Made by a program: the position numbers and the translations under genes. Shown piece after piece: positions 36,935 to 46,168 of a stretch of 64,000 nucleotides of DNA (its first letter is position 1; the number at the start of each line of letters is the position of its first letter). The DNA is taken from the NCBI GenBank assembly GCA_045656765.1, contig JAZORU010000030.1, positions 1,728 to 65,727 on the forward strand. Direction: 5' to 3'. Under the pieces are notes generated by a model, which was not told the DNA's origin, did no database searches, and worked only from the letters and a program-made list of their open reading frames with translations. This stretch comes from Eubacteriales bacterium (GTDB taxonomy: Bacteria; Bacillota; Clostridia; Oscillospirales; CAG-272).

Positions 36935-38101
36935 ATGAAAATATACGAAATAGGAACGGGATATACACCTATTCCCGCGCAGATGGGCGCTGCAACCGAA
37001 ATAGTCGTTGAAGAGCTCACGCGGTCCTTTCTGAAAAACGGCGAGGACGTTGAGATAATAGATATTAAAGCCCAAAGCAGAGCAAAGACCGAGCTTCCTA
37101 TCAGCGAGGTAAAGGTTCCCGCTATGTTTACAAAAACAGACGTGAGCCTTGGAATTATGCACAAGCTGAAAAGAGTCGTTTATTCTATCTGCTTGGCAAG
37201 GCATATAAAACGCATTCTGAAAAAAGTGACGGGAGACGTGGTTTTTCATTTTCATAACCAGTACAACCTCTTTTTTGTATTAAAGCTCGTACCCAAAAAG
37301 CTGCTTGAAAAGGCAACCGTGGCTTATACGGTCCATTCGTATATTTGGGGAACAGAGTGGGAAAAAATCGAGAGCACGGTTAAAAAGAAGTACTTTCAGG
37401 AGATTGCCTGCGTAAGAAGGGCAGATCTCGTTTTCGTTCTTAACGATATTACTACAGACCACTTCGTAAACCGTTTGGGCGTTCCAAAGCAGAATATACA
37501 TAAAATCAAAAACGGTGTCAATACAGACCGTTACGCACCGTTGCCCTTGCAAGAGATCAACCGTTTGAAAGAAAAGCACGGTGTTGCAGGGAAAAGAGTC
37601 GTCTTTCAGGTCGGCTCTGTATGTGACAGAAAGAATCAGCTCGGCTCTGTGAAAATGTTAGCTGAATATATGAAAGAGCACGGTGACGTGGTTTATATGT
37701 ATGCAGGCGGCATAATTGATGCCGAGTATCAGCAGGAAATAGCGGAGTTTGCAAAGGATCAGTGCTTAGCGGACAGAGTAAGATACGCAGGCGAGCTTGT
37801 TCCGGGCGAGCAGCTGAACGAATACTACAATATCGCAGACTGCTGTGTGTTTACGTCTACCTTAGAGTCGTTTGGACTCGTTATTATTGAAGCGATGTCA
37901 TCAGGCACTCCCGTGGTAGTCGGGCCTAATTTAATGTTTGATTTGTCAGGCGGATACTTTATGTATCACGACGAAAAGGAGTTTGTCGAACAAGTAAACG
38001 CGGCGCTGAACGCTACCGATGCCCAGAAGATAGAGGGACGCGAGGCGGCTTCTGTTTACAGCTGGGATCCGGTGGCGGAAAATCATAAAGCGTTGTTCTG
38101 A
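36935..38101 (+). CDS. GT4 glycosyltransferase
   Basis: KNGVNTDRY, GSVCDRKNQ, ESFGLVIIEAMSSGTPVV. Confidence 0.9.
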   Translation: MKIYEIGTGYTPIPAQMGAATEIVVEELTRSFLKNGEDVEIIDIKAQSRAKTELPISEVKVPAMFTKTDVSLGIMHKLKRVVYSICLARHIKRILKKVTGDVVFHFHNQYNLFFVLKLVPKKLLEKATVAYTVHSYIWGTEWEKIESTVKKKYFQEIACVRRADLVFVLNDITTDHFVNRLGVPKQNIHKIKNGVNTDRYAPLPLQEINRLKEKHGVAGKRVVFQVGSVCDRKNQLGSVKMLAEYMKEHGDVVYMYAGGIIDAEYQQEIAEFAKDQCLADRVRYAGELVPGEQLNEYYNIADCCVFTSTLESFGLVIIEAMSSGTPVVVGPNLMFDLSGGYFMYHDEKEFVEQVNAALNATDAQKIEGREAASVYSWDPVAENHKALF

Positions 38102-38145
38102 ACATAGCTTTTCTTGTTGAAGCAGGATTGAAAGAGGAATTTGTC

Positions 38146-39231
38146 ATGTCAAAAAAGCTTAACGGCACGGTAATCGTTACGTATCGCTGTAATGCGAAAT
38201 GTACGATGTGCAACAGATACAAGGTTCCATCGAACCCAGAGGAAGAAATATCTATCGAAACAATACGCAAGCTTCCCGAGATGTATTTTACAAACATCAC
38301 GGGCGGCGAGCCCTTCATTCGCGAGGATCTCGCTGACATCGTCAGAGAGCTTTATAAAAAAAGCGAGCGTATCGTTATTTCGACAAACGGATTTTTTACC
38401 GACCGTATAGTCGCTCTCTGTAGAGAGTTTCCGCAGATAGGTATCAGAATATCCATTGAAGGTCTTGAGCAGACAAACAACGAGATACGCGGCCTTGACG
38501 ACGGCTTTAACCGCGGATACACTACGCTCAAAACCTTGGTTGATATGGGTATGAAGGACGTGGGCTTCGGCATGACGGTGCAGGACAAAAACGCGCCTGA
38601 CCTCGTAGCTTTATACAACATTTCTGACGAGCTCAATATGGAATTTGCTACGGCTTCTCTTCATAACAGCTTCTATTTCGTAGAGTCAAACAACATTATC
38701 CACGACAGATTGATGGTTGCTCAGAATTTCGAGGATCTTATAAACCGTCTTCTTGAATCGAACAGTCCTAAAAAGTGGTTCAGAGCATACTTCAATCACG
38801 GACTTATCAATTACATATTCAGTCAAAAGAGACTGCTTCCGTGCGATATGAGCTTTGACACCTTCTTTATCGACCCGTTTGGCGACGTTATGCCGTGTAA
38901 CGGCACAAAAGAGAAGGAAGTTATGGGTAACTTGAACACGCAAACGTGGGACGAGCTATGGAACAGCCCTGAGGCTGAGCAGGTTCGCTCGAAGGTTCGC
39001 TCTTGCAACCGCAACTGCTGGATGATAGGCTCGGTGTCGCCCGCAATGCACAAGTATATTCATAAGCCTGCGCTTTGGGTGCTCAAGCATAAATTCCTTT
39101 ACTTCTTTAAAAAGAAGAAGTATTCAATGTACGAAAACAAGATAGTGCGCGATCTTCGCGACGGAAAGGTGACAAAGGAAGAGCTTGACGCTTGCAGCAC
39201 GTGTGAAAAATGTGCAAATTATCAAGTGTAA
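38146..39231 (+). CDS. Radical SAM protein with SPASM/twitch domain
   Basis: CNAKCTMC, TGGEP, STNG; C-terminal PC...GDVMPCN...GNL...CNRNCW. Confidence 0.92.
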   Translation: MSKKLNGTVIVTYRCNAKCTMCNRYKVPSNPEEEISIETIRKLPEMYFTNITGGEPFIREDLADIVRELYKKSERIVISTNGFFTDRIVALCREFPQIGIRISIEGLEQTNNEIRGLDDGFNRGYTTLKTLVDMGMKDVGFGMTVQDKNAPDLVALYNISDELNMEFATASLHNSFYFVESNNIIHDRLMVAQNFEDLINRLLESNSPKKWFRAYFNHGLINYIFSQKRLLPCDMSFDTFFIDPFGDVMPCNGTKEKEVMGNLNTQTWDELWNSPEAEQVRSKVRSCNRNCWMIGSVSPAMHKYIHKPALWVLKHKFLYFFKKKKYSMYENKIVRDLRDGKVTKEELDACSTCEKCANYQV

Positions 39232-39249
39232 ACGCGCAAGGAGATATAT

Positions 39250-40401
39250 ATGTTAGGTGTTTGCCTGAAATATAATCAACACAATTACGGCAGTAAGCTT
39301 CAAGCGTTGGCTACGGTCAAAACGTTTGAAGATTTAGGTATAGAATACGAGATCATCAGATATAACAAGAAAAGCTTGCGTTTTTATATCAAGTCTATCC
39401 CGCGGTTTTTTAACTGGGTGTTTATAAACGATAGGTATCTTCAGATCCAGCGAAAGCTGGAGTTTAAAGCGCACCCGCAAATAAAAGCACAGGTAGACGT
39501 AAGAAACGCGGCGTTTGATTCGTTTGACAGGTATTTTTCGGACTGCTTGTCAAAGGTTTACCCAAGCTATGCGGACTTGAAGCGCAAGTGCTCGGATAAA
39601 TATAACAAGGTTATTACCTGCAGTGACCAGCTATGGAGTCCGTCTGCACTGGGGTCGGGCTTTTACAACCTGATGTTTGTCGGAGAGTCGACCGAAAAAA
39701 TTTCCTGGGCATCGAGCTTTGGTGTCAGCAGGATTCCTTGGTATCAGAAATCGAGAACAAAAGCTTACCTCGAAAGAATAGAGCATATAAGTATGCGTGA
39801 AAATCGCGGTGCGGAGATCGTAAAAGAACTTACAGGACGGGATGTTCCCGTTTTGATGGACCCTGTATTCGTCTTTGACAAGGATGAGTGGAACACGCTT
39901 GTGCCTGTCGAAAAGCCCGAATGGGATAACTACATATTTTGCTACTTTTTGGGATCTAATCCCGAGCACCGAGTTGCCGCTAACGAGTTAGCAGCCCGAA
40001 CCGGTATGAAGATCGTTACGTTGCGGCATTTGGATAAATACGTAGCTGACGACGAGGATTTCGGCGATATAGCCCCATACGACGTTGATCCGATACGCTT
40101 TTTGAACATATTAAGAAACGCAACCTATATTTGCACGGATTCTTTTCACGGAACCGCTTTTTCCGTGATTTTTGAGAAAAAATTTATCGTGTTTGACCGA
40201 TATGATTCTAAGTCCTCAAATTCTAAAAATTCCCGAATTGATTCGCTGTGCCATAACGTCGGACTGTCAGAGAGACGGTATATTGATAAAGAGCATATAT
40301 CAGGGATGATGGATAAGGATATCGATTATGCTTCGGTTTCCGAGAAGGTTGCACTGTACAGAGAAAATACGAAGCAGTATTTAAAAGAAGCGTTAATTTA
40401 A
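39250..40401 (+). CDS. Polysaccharide pyruvyl transferase family protein
   Basis: NYGSKLQA, SDQLW, ASSFG, ISMRE, DPVF, TDSFHGTAFS, SRIDSL. Confidence 0.9.
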   Translation: MLGVCLKYNQHNYGSKLQALATVKTFEDLGIEYEIIRYNKKSLRFYIKSIPRFFNWVFINDRYLQIQRKLEFKAHPQIKAQVDVRNAAFDSFDRYFSDCLSKVYPSYADLKRKCSDKYNKVITCSDQLWSPSALGSGFYNLMFVGESTEKISWASSFGVSRIPWYQKSRTKAYLERIEHISMRENRGAEIVKELTGRDVPVLMDPVFVFDKDEWNTLVPVEKPEWDNYIFCYFLGSNPEHRVAANELAARTGMKIVTLRHLDKYVADDEDFGDIAPYDVDPIRFLNILRNATYICTDSFHGTAFSVIFEKKFIVFDRYDSKSSNSKNSRIDSLCHNVGLSERRYIDKEHISGMMDKDIDYASVSEKVALYRENTKQYLKEALI

Positions 40402-40425
40402 GCAGTTAGCAGAAAGGGAAAGAGC

Positions 40426-41619
40426 ATGGGTGTACCAAACATTCCGGTTACCGACTGTTGCGGTTGCACCGCGTGTGCAAGTGCCTGTCCTACGAGGGCT
40501 ATAGATATGAAGCCCAACGAAGAAGGCTTTTTATACCCCTCGGTAAACGGCGACCTTTGCTATAGTTGCCATAAATGTGAAAAAGCTTGTCCGCTTATCA
40601 ATCCCGCGCCTGTCGCAGATGCGTTTTCCGACTGCGTTGTCGTGCAAAGCAAAGATGAAGAGGTTTTAAACGAAAGCACGTCGGGCGGTTTTGTTGATGC
40701 CTTGTGCAGATATATGATCGAAGAAAAGGGCGGATACGTGTGCGGCGTAGCTTTTGACTCGGATTTTATTCCCCGTCATACGATAGTTGATACCTATCAA
40801 GAGGCAAAAGCCTTTAGAAATTCAAAATACGCCCAAAGTGATCTTGGCACTGCTTTTTGCGATATAAAAGAGCTATTAAAGCAAAATAAAAACGTATTGT
40901 TTATAGGAACGCCGTGCCAGGTAGCAGGATTACATTCCTTTTTAGGCAAAGACTTCAGCCGGCTTGTTTGTGTAGACTTGGTGTGCAGAAGCGTTCCCAG
41001 CCCAAAGCTTTGGCGCATGTATCTTGATTGGCAAGAGCAGCGGTACAGATCTAAAATAACAAAGGTTGTGTGCAGAAAGAAAACCTACGGATATCACAGT
41101 GGGGCGCTTGAAATAGACTTTGAAAACGGGAAGCACTATGCAGGCAGCAACCGAGTGGATTATTATATGAAATCCTTTCATGGTGACGTTTGCTCGCGCG
41201 AGTCCTGCTATAATTGCAAATTTAAAACCAAGCATCGATGCAGTGACTTTACAGCCTTCGATTCGTGGCGGCCGGCTTCCGTTACTACCCCGCCCATTGT
41301 TGACAACGACAGGGGATATTCAAATGTTCTTGTCCATACCGACAAGGGCAAGGAAATAGTTGGTTCTCTAAAGGAAATTGATCTATATTCCGCAAACGCT
41401 GATCGGCTTCTTTCTGTGATGGGAAGCATGGTTTCGGCTTCTATCAAACAAAAAAAAGAAAGAACTTCGTTTTATAGCGATTTAAACACCCAAGGCTTTT
41501 ATCGGACAGCTAAGAAATACAGCAGGATAAGCTCCAAGGATAGAATCATAGAGTCGCTCAAGCCTATTAGATATAAGCATAGGCTTCGTGTAGCATCAAG
41601 ACAAAAAAGCAAAGAGTAG
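40426..41619 (+). CDS. 4Fe-4S / FrhB-FdhB (F420 hydrogenase beta subunit-like) domain protein
   Basis: CCGCTACASACP and CYSCHKCEKACP ferredoxin motifs; STSGG, SKYAQS, GTPCQVAG, DLVC, RESCYNC. Confidence 0.88.
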   Translation: MGVPNIPVTDCCGCTACASACPTRAIDMKPNEEGFLYPSVNGDLCYSCHKCEKACPLINPAPVADAFSDCVVVQSKDEEVLNESTSGGFVDALCRYMIEEKGGYVCGVAFDSDFIPRHTIVDTYQEAKAFRNSKYAQSDLGTAFCDIKELLKQNKNVLFIGTPCQVAGLHSFLGKDFSRLVCVDLVCRSVPSPKLWRMYLDWQEQRYRSKITKVVCRKKTYGYHSGALEIDFENGKHYAGSNRVDYYMKSFHGDVCSRESCYNCKFKTKHRCSDFTAFDSWRPASVTTPPIVDNDRGYSNVLVHTDKGKEIVGSLKEIDLYSANADRLLSVMGSMVSASIKQKKERTSFYSDLNTQGFYRTAKKYSRISSKDRIIESLKPIRYKHRLRVASRQKSKE

Positions 41620-41622
41620 AAT

Positions 41623-42702
41623 ATGGAACTTATAAGTGTAATTGTGCCGGTGTATAACGCAGAAAAGTATTTGCTTAGGTGCGTTGACAGTATTCGACAC
41701 CAAACGTATACGAATCTTGAAATTATACTTGTAGACGACGGGTCCCCCGACAATTGTCCGCAAATGTGCGACGAGGTATGCGGGAAGGACGCTCGCGTGA
41801 AGGTGATACATAAGCACAACGCAGGCCAGGGATTGGCAAGAAACGATGGGCTTGACATTGCAACCGGCAAGTACGTAACCTTTGTTGATTCGGATGATTG
41901 GATAGGTCCGGAGCATGTTGAAAATTTATATAACGCAATTAAAAAGCACGATGCAGACGCTTCGCTTGGAAATCATACGAGGGTTAGCGCGGATGGAATC
42001 AAAACACCCCGTATGCTTCCTTTGGAGGAAGGCACTTACGAAGGCGAAAGAATCATTTCAGAGCTGATGCTTCCTTTGATAGGTGCGGATACTAAAACTT
42101 CCGGGGATATACTGATCAATTCAAGCGTGTCTATGAATATGTACCGTATGGAGTGCATTTCAAAAAACAACATCCGCTTTATCAGCGAAAGATACGCCGT
42201 GGCAGAAGATTTCTATTTTAACGTGGACTTTTTTCACTACGCTTCTAAAATAGTCTACGTTAAAGAGAAGGAGTATTATTACTTTAAAAATCCGGATTCA
42301 ACCTGTGAAAAATATAATCCCAAACGCTTTGAGAGAACGCTTAATTATTATAGCGTTATTTCCCAAAGAGTTGATTCTTACGGCTTAAGGGATAGGGTAG
42401 AGAACCGTGTCGAGCGAAGCTTTCTTATGAAGATAAGAGTGGCTATCCGTCATATCGTTATGTCAGAGCTGTCCCGCAAGGAAAAGCTTCGGCAGATACG
42501 CGAGATTTTAGATAACGATACGGTAAAGACGGTGCTTTGTAATTATCCTATCGAGACATACGGCAGATCAATGCGTTTGCTTATGAGCAGTATGCGAAAG
42601 AGAAACGCAAAAACAGTATACTTGCTTATGCGTTTTAGAGAAAAGGGACGTCGCGGCAAGGCATCCAAAGCATTTTTGCGTTGGATAGGAATAGGAAGAT
42701 AA
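41623..42702 (+). CDS. GT2 glycosyltransferase
   Basis: ISVIVPVYNAEKYL, LVDDGSPD, ARNDG, FVDSDD, AED. Confidence 0.95.
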   Translation: MELISVIVPVYNAEKYLLRCVDSIRHQTYTNLEIILVDDGSPDNCPQMCDEVCGKDARVKVIHKHNAGQGLARNDGLDIATGKYVTFVDSDDWIGPEHVENLYNAIKKHDADASLGNHTRVSADGIKTPRMLPLEEGTYEGERIISELMLPLIGADTKTSGDILINSSVSMNMYRMECISKNNIRFISERYAVAEDFYFNVDFFHYASKIVYVKEKEYYYFKNPDSTCEKYNPKRFERTLNYYSVISQRVDSYGLRDRVENRVERSFLMKIRVAIRHIVMSELSRKEKLRQIREILDNDTVKTVLCNYPIETYGRSMRLLMSSMRKRNAKTVYLLMRFREKGRRGKASKAFLRWIGIGR

Positions 42703-43754
42703 AAGACAAAAGCAAAGAGAGCAAGAAGGGTATGCTGATATTATCAAACAGTCTGACGGGCAAAGCGGATGAAGGCAGCTTGAAGTTAGCTTCGAGTTTG
42801 GTAAAAAGAATAAAAAGCAAACATCCAAGCGATGCTTTGGTAGTTACGTTTGAAAGAGAATTTCCACTAAGCGACCTGCATCTTGAGCTAAGCAAGCTTC
42901 ATATCAGCTCACGGCTGATATCTCTTATAAGAGGGCAAAAGGAAAACCTGCTTTATATCCCCTTTCCCGCCCCGACTGCGTCTATGGCGGTACGCATTTT
43001 CCTTTTATCTTTGTTTGTCCGCGGGGGATTTCGTGTTATGATGATACGTCAGTACCCTATGAGCAGGATTGCCGCCGCGCTTTTGCGGTGGAGCAAGGCA
43101 GAGATTGCCGTTTTTTCGAAGAAGGCCTGCGATTTTTACAGACCTATAGTGAAGGGGCGTGTGCTTTATCTTAAGACCGGAGTGGATACCGAGAAGTTTG
43201 TACCCGTATCCGAGCAGACGTCAAGAGAGCTTAAGATAAAATACGGATTTGATCCTGACAGACCGATAGTGCTTCACGTCGGTCATATGAAGGAAGGCCG
43301 CAACGTAGCCGAGCTTATGAAAATAGATGAGAAGTATCAGGTCCTGCTCGTTGTCAGCACCTTGTCAAAGGATCGCCAAAACGGCGAATTGAAAGAGCGT
43401 CTCTTAAAACGCCCTAATATTAGGGTTATGGAAGGATACATACCTTGTATTGAGGAAATTTATCAAATGAGTGATGTATACTTCTTTCCCGTTAAGGAGG
43501 TGGGTCATTGCATTGACGTGCCGCTGTCTTGCTTAGAGGCGGCAGCCTGCAACAAGCCCATTATTACGACGGAATACGGCGAGATGGCTGAGTTTGTCGG
43601 ATCAAAGGGATTTTATTTTATAGACGATATCGATTCTGATACGGTTAACGGCAAAATATCCGAAGCATTAGTCGAGGAAAATTGCAATACAAGAGATTTT
43701 GTGATAGATTACGATTATGAGAGGTCTATCGAGCGTTTATATGTCGGTAAATAA
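42681..43754 (+). CDS. GT-B (GT4-like) glycosyltransferase; start may be 42732
   Basis: GVDTEKFVP, LHVGHMKEGRN, PLSCLEAAACNKPII. Confidence 0.8.
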   Translation: MDRNRKIKDKSKESKKGMLILSNSLTGKADEGSLKLASSLVKRIKSKHPSDALVVTFEREFPLSDLHLELSKLHISSRLISLIRGQKENLLYIPFPAPTASMAVRIFLLSLFVRGGFRVMMIRQYPMSRIAAALLRWSKAEIAVFSKKACDFYRPIVKGRVLYLKTGVDTEKFVPVSEQTSRELKIKYGFDPDRPIVLHVGHMKEGRNVAELMKIDEKYQVLLVVSTLSKDRQNGELKERLLKRPNIRVMEGYIPCIEEIYQMSDVYFFPVKEVGHCIDVPLSCLEAAACNKPIITTEYGEMAEFVGSKGFYFIDDIDSDTVNGKISEALVEENCNTRDFVIDYDYERSIERLYVGK

Positions 43755-43792
43755 TTTTAAAGCCGATTTGATGATTTGGGAGATCGTGAAGT

Positions 43793-45085
43793 ATGAACTA
43801 TGAACTTGGACAATTGCATATAAAAAAACGGTCATTCCCGCAATGGTTTTCGTTAGGAATCTTTGTTTTGCCGTTCTTCTTTTCTTTCTTTATTGATTTG
43901 TTAAACCTGCCGAGCTTCATTAAATATATAAATGACGTAATGTGGGTTGCTTTGCTTATCGTTATGTTTTTCAGCAAACAAATTAGAATCAAAAAAAATA
44001 TTACGCCGTTTATAGTAATTTCTTTATTGTGGCTCTTATATGTGCTTTTTGTATATCTTTTTAATTATCAGTCCATCTTCTATTTTTTGTGGGGCATAAG
44101 AAACAATTTCAGATTTTACATCGCGTTTCTTGCTTTTTCTTCCTTTTTGGATGAGGACGACATTGAAAAAACACTTGGCTTTGTTGATATTTTGTTCTGG
44201 GTGAACATACCGATATCCCTGTATCAATTCTTCGCTTTGGGATATAAGCAGGACTATTTGGGCGGAATATTCGGCGCCGAGCGCGGTTGCAATGCCTTTA
44301 CGACGGTGTTATTTGCTTTAGTCATAACGAAATCGCTTCTTCGGTATTTTGAGGGCAAGGAACGGTTTTCCATCTGTTTGTTAAAGAGTGGATTCTCTTT
44401 GATCTTAGCGGCTATGGCGGAGCTGAAATTCTTTTTCGTTCTGTTTATGATCATGGTTGTCATTACAATGATAATGACAAAATTCTCTTTTAAAAAGCTT
44501 GTTGTGCTGTTCGGTGTCGGCATTATAATTTCTTTTGCGGGAACTATTCTGGTAGGCTTGTTTGGAACAAACCAAGAGCTTAGCTTAGAAAAGATTATCA
44601 GTTTGGCTATGTCTGAGAACTATGCGACGGGAGAGGATCTGGGACGCTTTACGGCGATACCGACTATTTCAAGGAGCATACTGACAGAGTGGCATGACAG
44701 AATGTTTGGAATGGGCATTGGAAACTGTGATACGTCGGCGTTTGCGATTTGCAACACCCCTTTCTTCCAAATGTATGAATACCTACATTATACGTGGTTT
44801 TCGAGCGCGTTTTTGTTCTTGGAAACCGGATATATTGGATTGATTATAAATCTGTCCTTTTACGTAGCCGTAATGGTTTTGGCAATTAAAAAGATGAAGT
44901 CGGGTCAGGGAAACAGATTTTTCTGTCAGATAGCGATAGTCTTTGCAATTATATGTTTAATACTTACCTTCTACAATTCGGCATTGCGAAAGGAAGTCGG
45001 GTATTTAGCATATTTTGCCCTGGCGCTTCCGTTTGTGAAAAACAACAAAAGCCAAGAGCAAGCATCAAACGGTGATCGAATATGA
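43793..45085 (+). CDS. wzy: Probable Wzy polysaccharide polymerase
   Basis: About ten TM helices, AT-rich, GMGIG loop and LETGYIG motif; position in locus. Confidence 0.75.
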   Translation: MNYELGQLHIKKRSFPQWFSLGIFVLPFFFSFFIDLLNLPSFIKYINDVMWVALLIVMFFSKQIRIKKNITPFIVISLLWLLYVLFVYLFNYQSIFYFLWGIRNNFRFYIAFLAFSSFLDEDDIEKTLGFVDILFWVNIPISLYQFFALGYKQDYLGGIFGAERGCNAFTTVLFALVITKSLLRYFEGKERFSICLLKSGFSLILAAMAELKFFFVLFMIMVVITMIMTKFSFKKLVVLFGVGIIISFAGTILVGLFGTNQELSLEKIISLAMSENYATGEDLGRFTAIPTISRSILTEWHDRMFGMGIGNCDTSAFAICNTPFFQMYEYLHYTWFSSAFLFLETGYIGLIINLSFYVAVMVLAIKKMKSGQGNRFFCQIAIVFAIICLILTFYNSALRKEVGYLAYFALALPFVKNNKSQEQASNGDRI

Positions 45086-46101
45086 GAAGAATTCTTTCTT
45101 TGGATATTCTTAAATATTTTGCCTGTTTTTTGGTTATCTGTATTCATATGGATCTTCCCGAATCGTTTGAATATATTCTTCGCCCGCTTTTGACGACGGC
45201 AGTTCCCGTTTTCTTTATGATAACCGGTTACTTTTATAATCAAACTCTAAGTGCGGGCAAGGCTAAAAAGCAAATATGTAAGATTGCTGTTTTGGCACTT
45301 GTAGGCAATGCGGTGCATTTTGGGTATTACGTCTTCAAATATGTATTAAGCGGAGAACCGTTACTGCAATTGGGAGCAGGGCTTACCGAACCGTCTTCCC
45401 TTGTTAATTTGATTATATTTAATCAACCTGTGTGGCGTACGTCATTATGGTTTATAAACGCTTTGCTGTTAGTGCTTATATGTATTTATCCGATTCGTAA
45501 AAGCGAGACGTTACATAAGTTATATCCGCTGATTCCCGTATTTTTAATATGTAATTTGTTTATTGGGACGTATTCGTTCGCTTTGTCCATAGAGGAATAC
45601 TTTCCTCTGTGTTATAGCAGAAACTTCCTTTTTTGCGGATTTCCGTACTTTTTGATGGGGAACTTCATATTTTCCCACAAACAACGGATAAGTTGTTTTG
45701 GCAAATGGAAATTCACAGTTTGTTTTTTAGCTATGGCATATGTCGAGATAGCCATTTTGAGTTATTTAGATAAATTACATTACAAAGATCATCTAATAAG
45801 TACTTTCTTTTTAGCGGTTTCTTTGTTTTGCTTGTTTTTGGAAAAAGAGGATGCGTTCAAGGGCAACATTTGGACAAAGATTGCACAATTGGGCAGAAAA
45901 CATAGTTTTGTAATATATATTACTCACTCAATTATAATAGAGATCCTTTATAAAACCGTTGCTATTGTGAGCAAACGGCTGCCTTTTGTGTCAGGTGCGT
46001 TTGCATTTGCAGGACCGCTTGTTGTTTTGGTATTATCCAGTGCTTTTGCAATCCTGTTTGGGCATTTAACGAGCAAAGTTAAGGCAACCCGAAAGGCTTG
46101 A
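45082..46101 (+). CDS. Acyltransferase family 3 (O-acetyltransferase)
   Basis: SLDILKYFACFLVICIH, AVPVFFMITGYF, LWFI, SFVIYITH. Confidence 0.88.
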   Translation: MRRILSLDILKYFACFLVICIHMDLPESFEYILRPLLTTAVPVFFMITGYFYNQTLSAGKAKKQICKIAVLALVGNAVHFGYYVFKYVLSGEPLLQLGAGLTEPSSLVNLIIFNQPVWRTSLWFINALLLVLICIYPIRKSETLHKLYPLIPVFLICNLFIGTYSFALSIEEYFPLCYSRNFLFCGFPYFLMGNFIFSHKQRISCFGKWKFTVCFLAMAYVEIAILSYLDKLHYKDHLISTFFLAVSLFCLFLEKEDAFKGNIWTKIAQLGRKHSFVIYITHSIIIEILYKTVAIVSKRLPFVSGAFAFAGPLVVLVLSSAFAILFGHLTSKVKATRKA

Positions 46102-46168
46102 TAAATTAACCATATAAAAAACGCCTTAGTGCGTAATTATAAAAAATTTTTCTTAGGAGGAAAAATCA

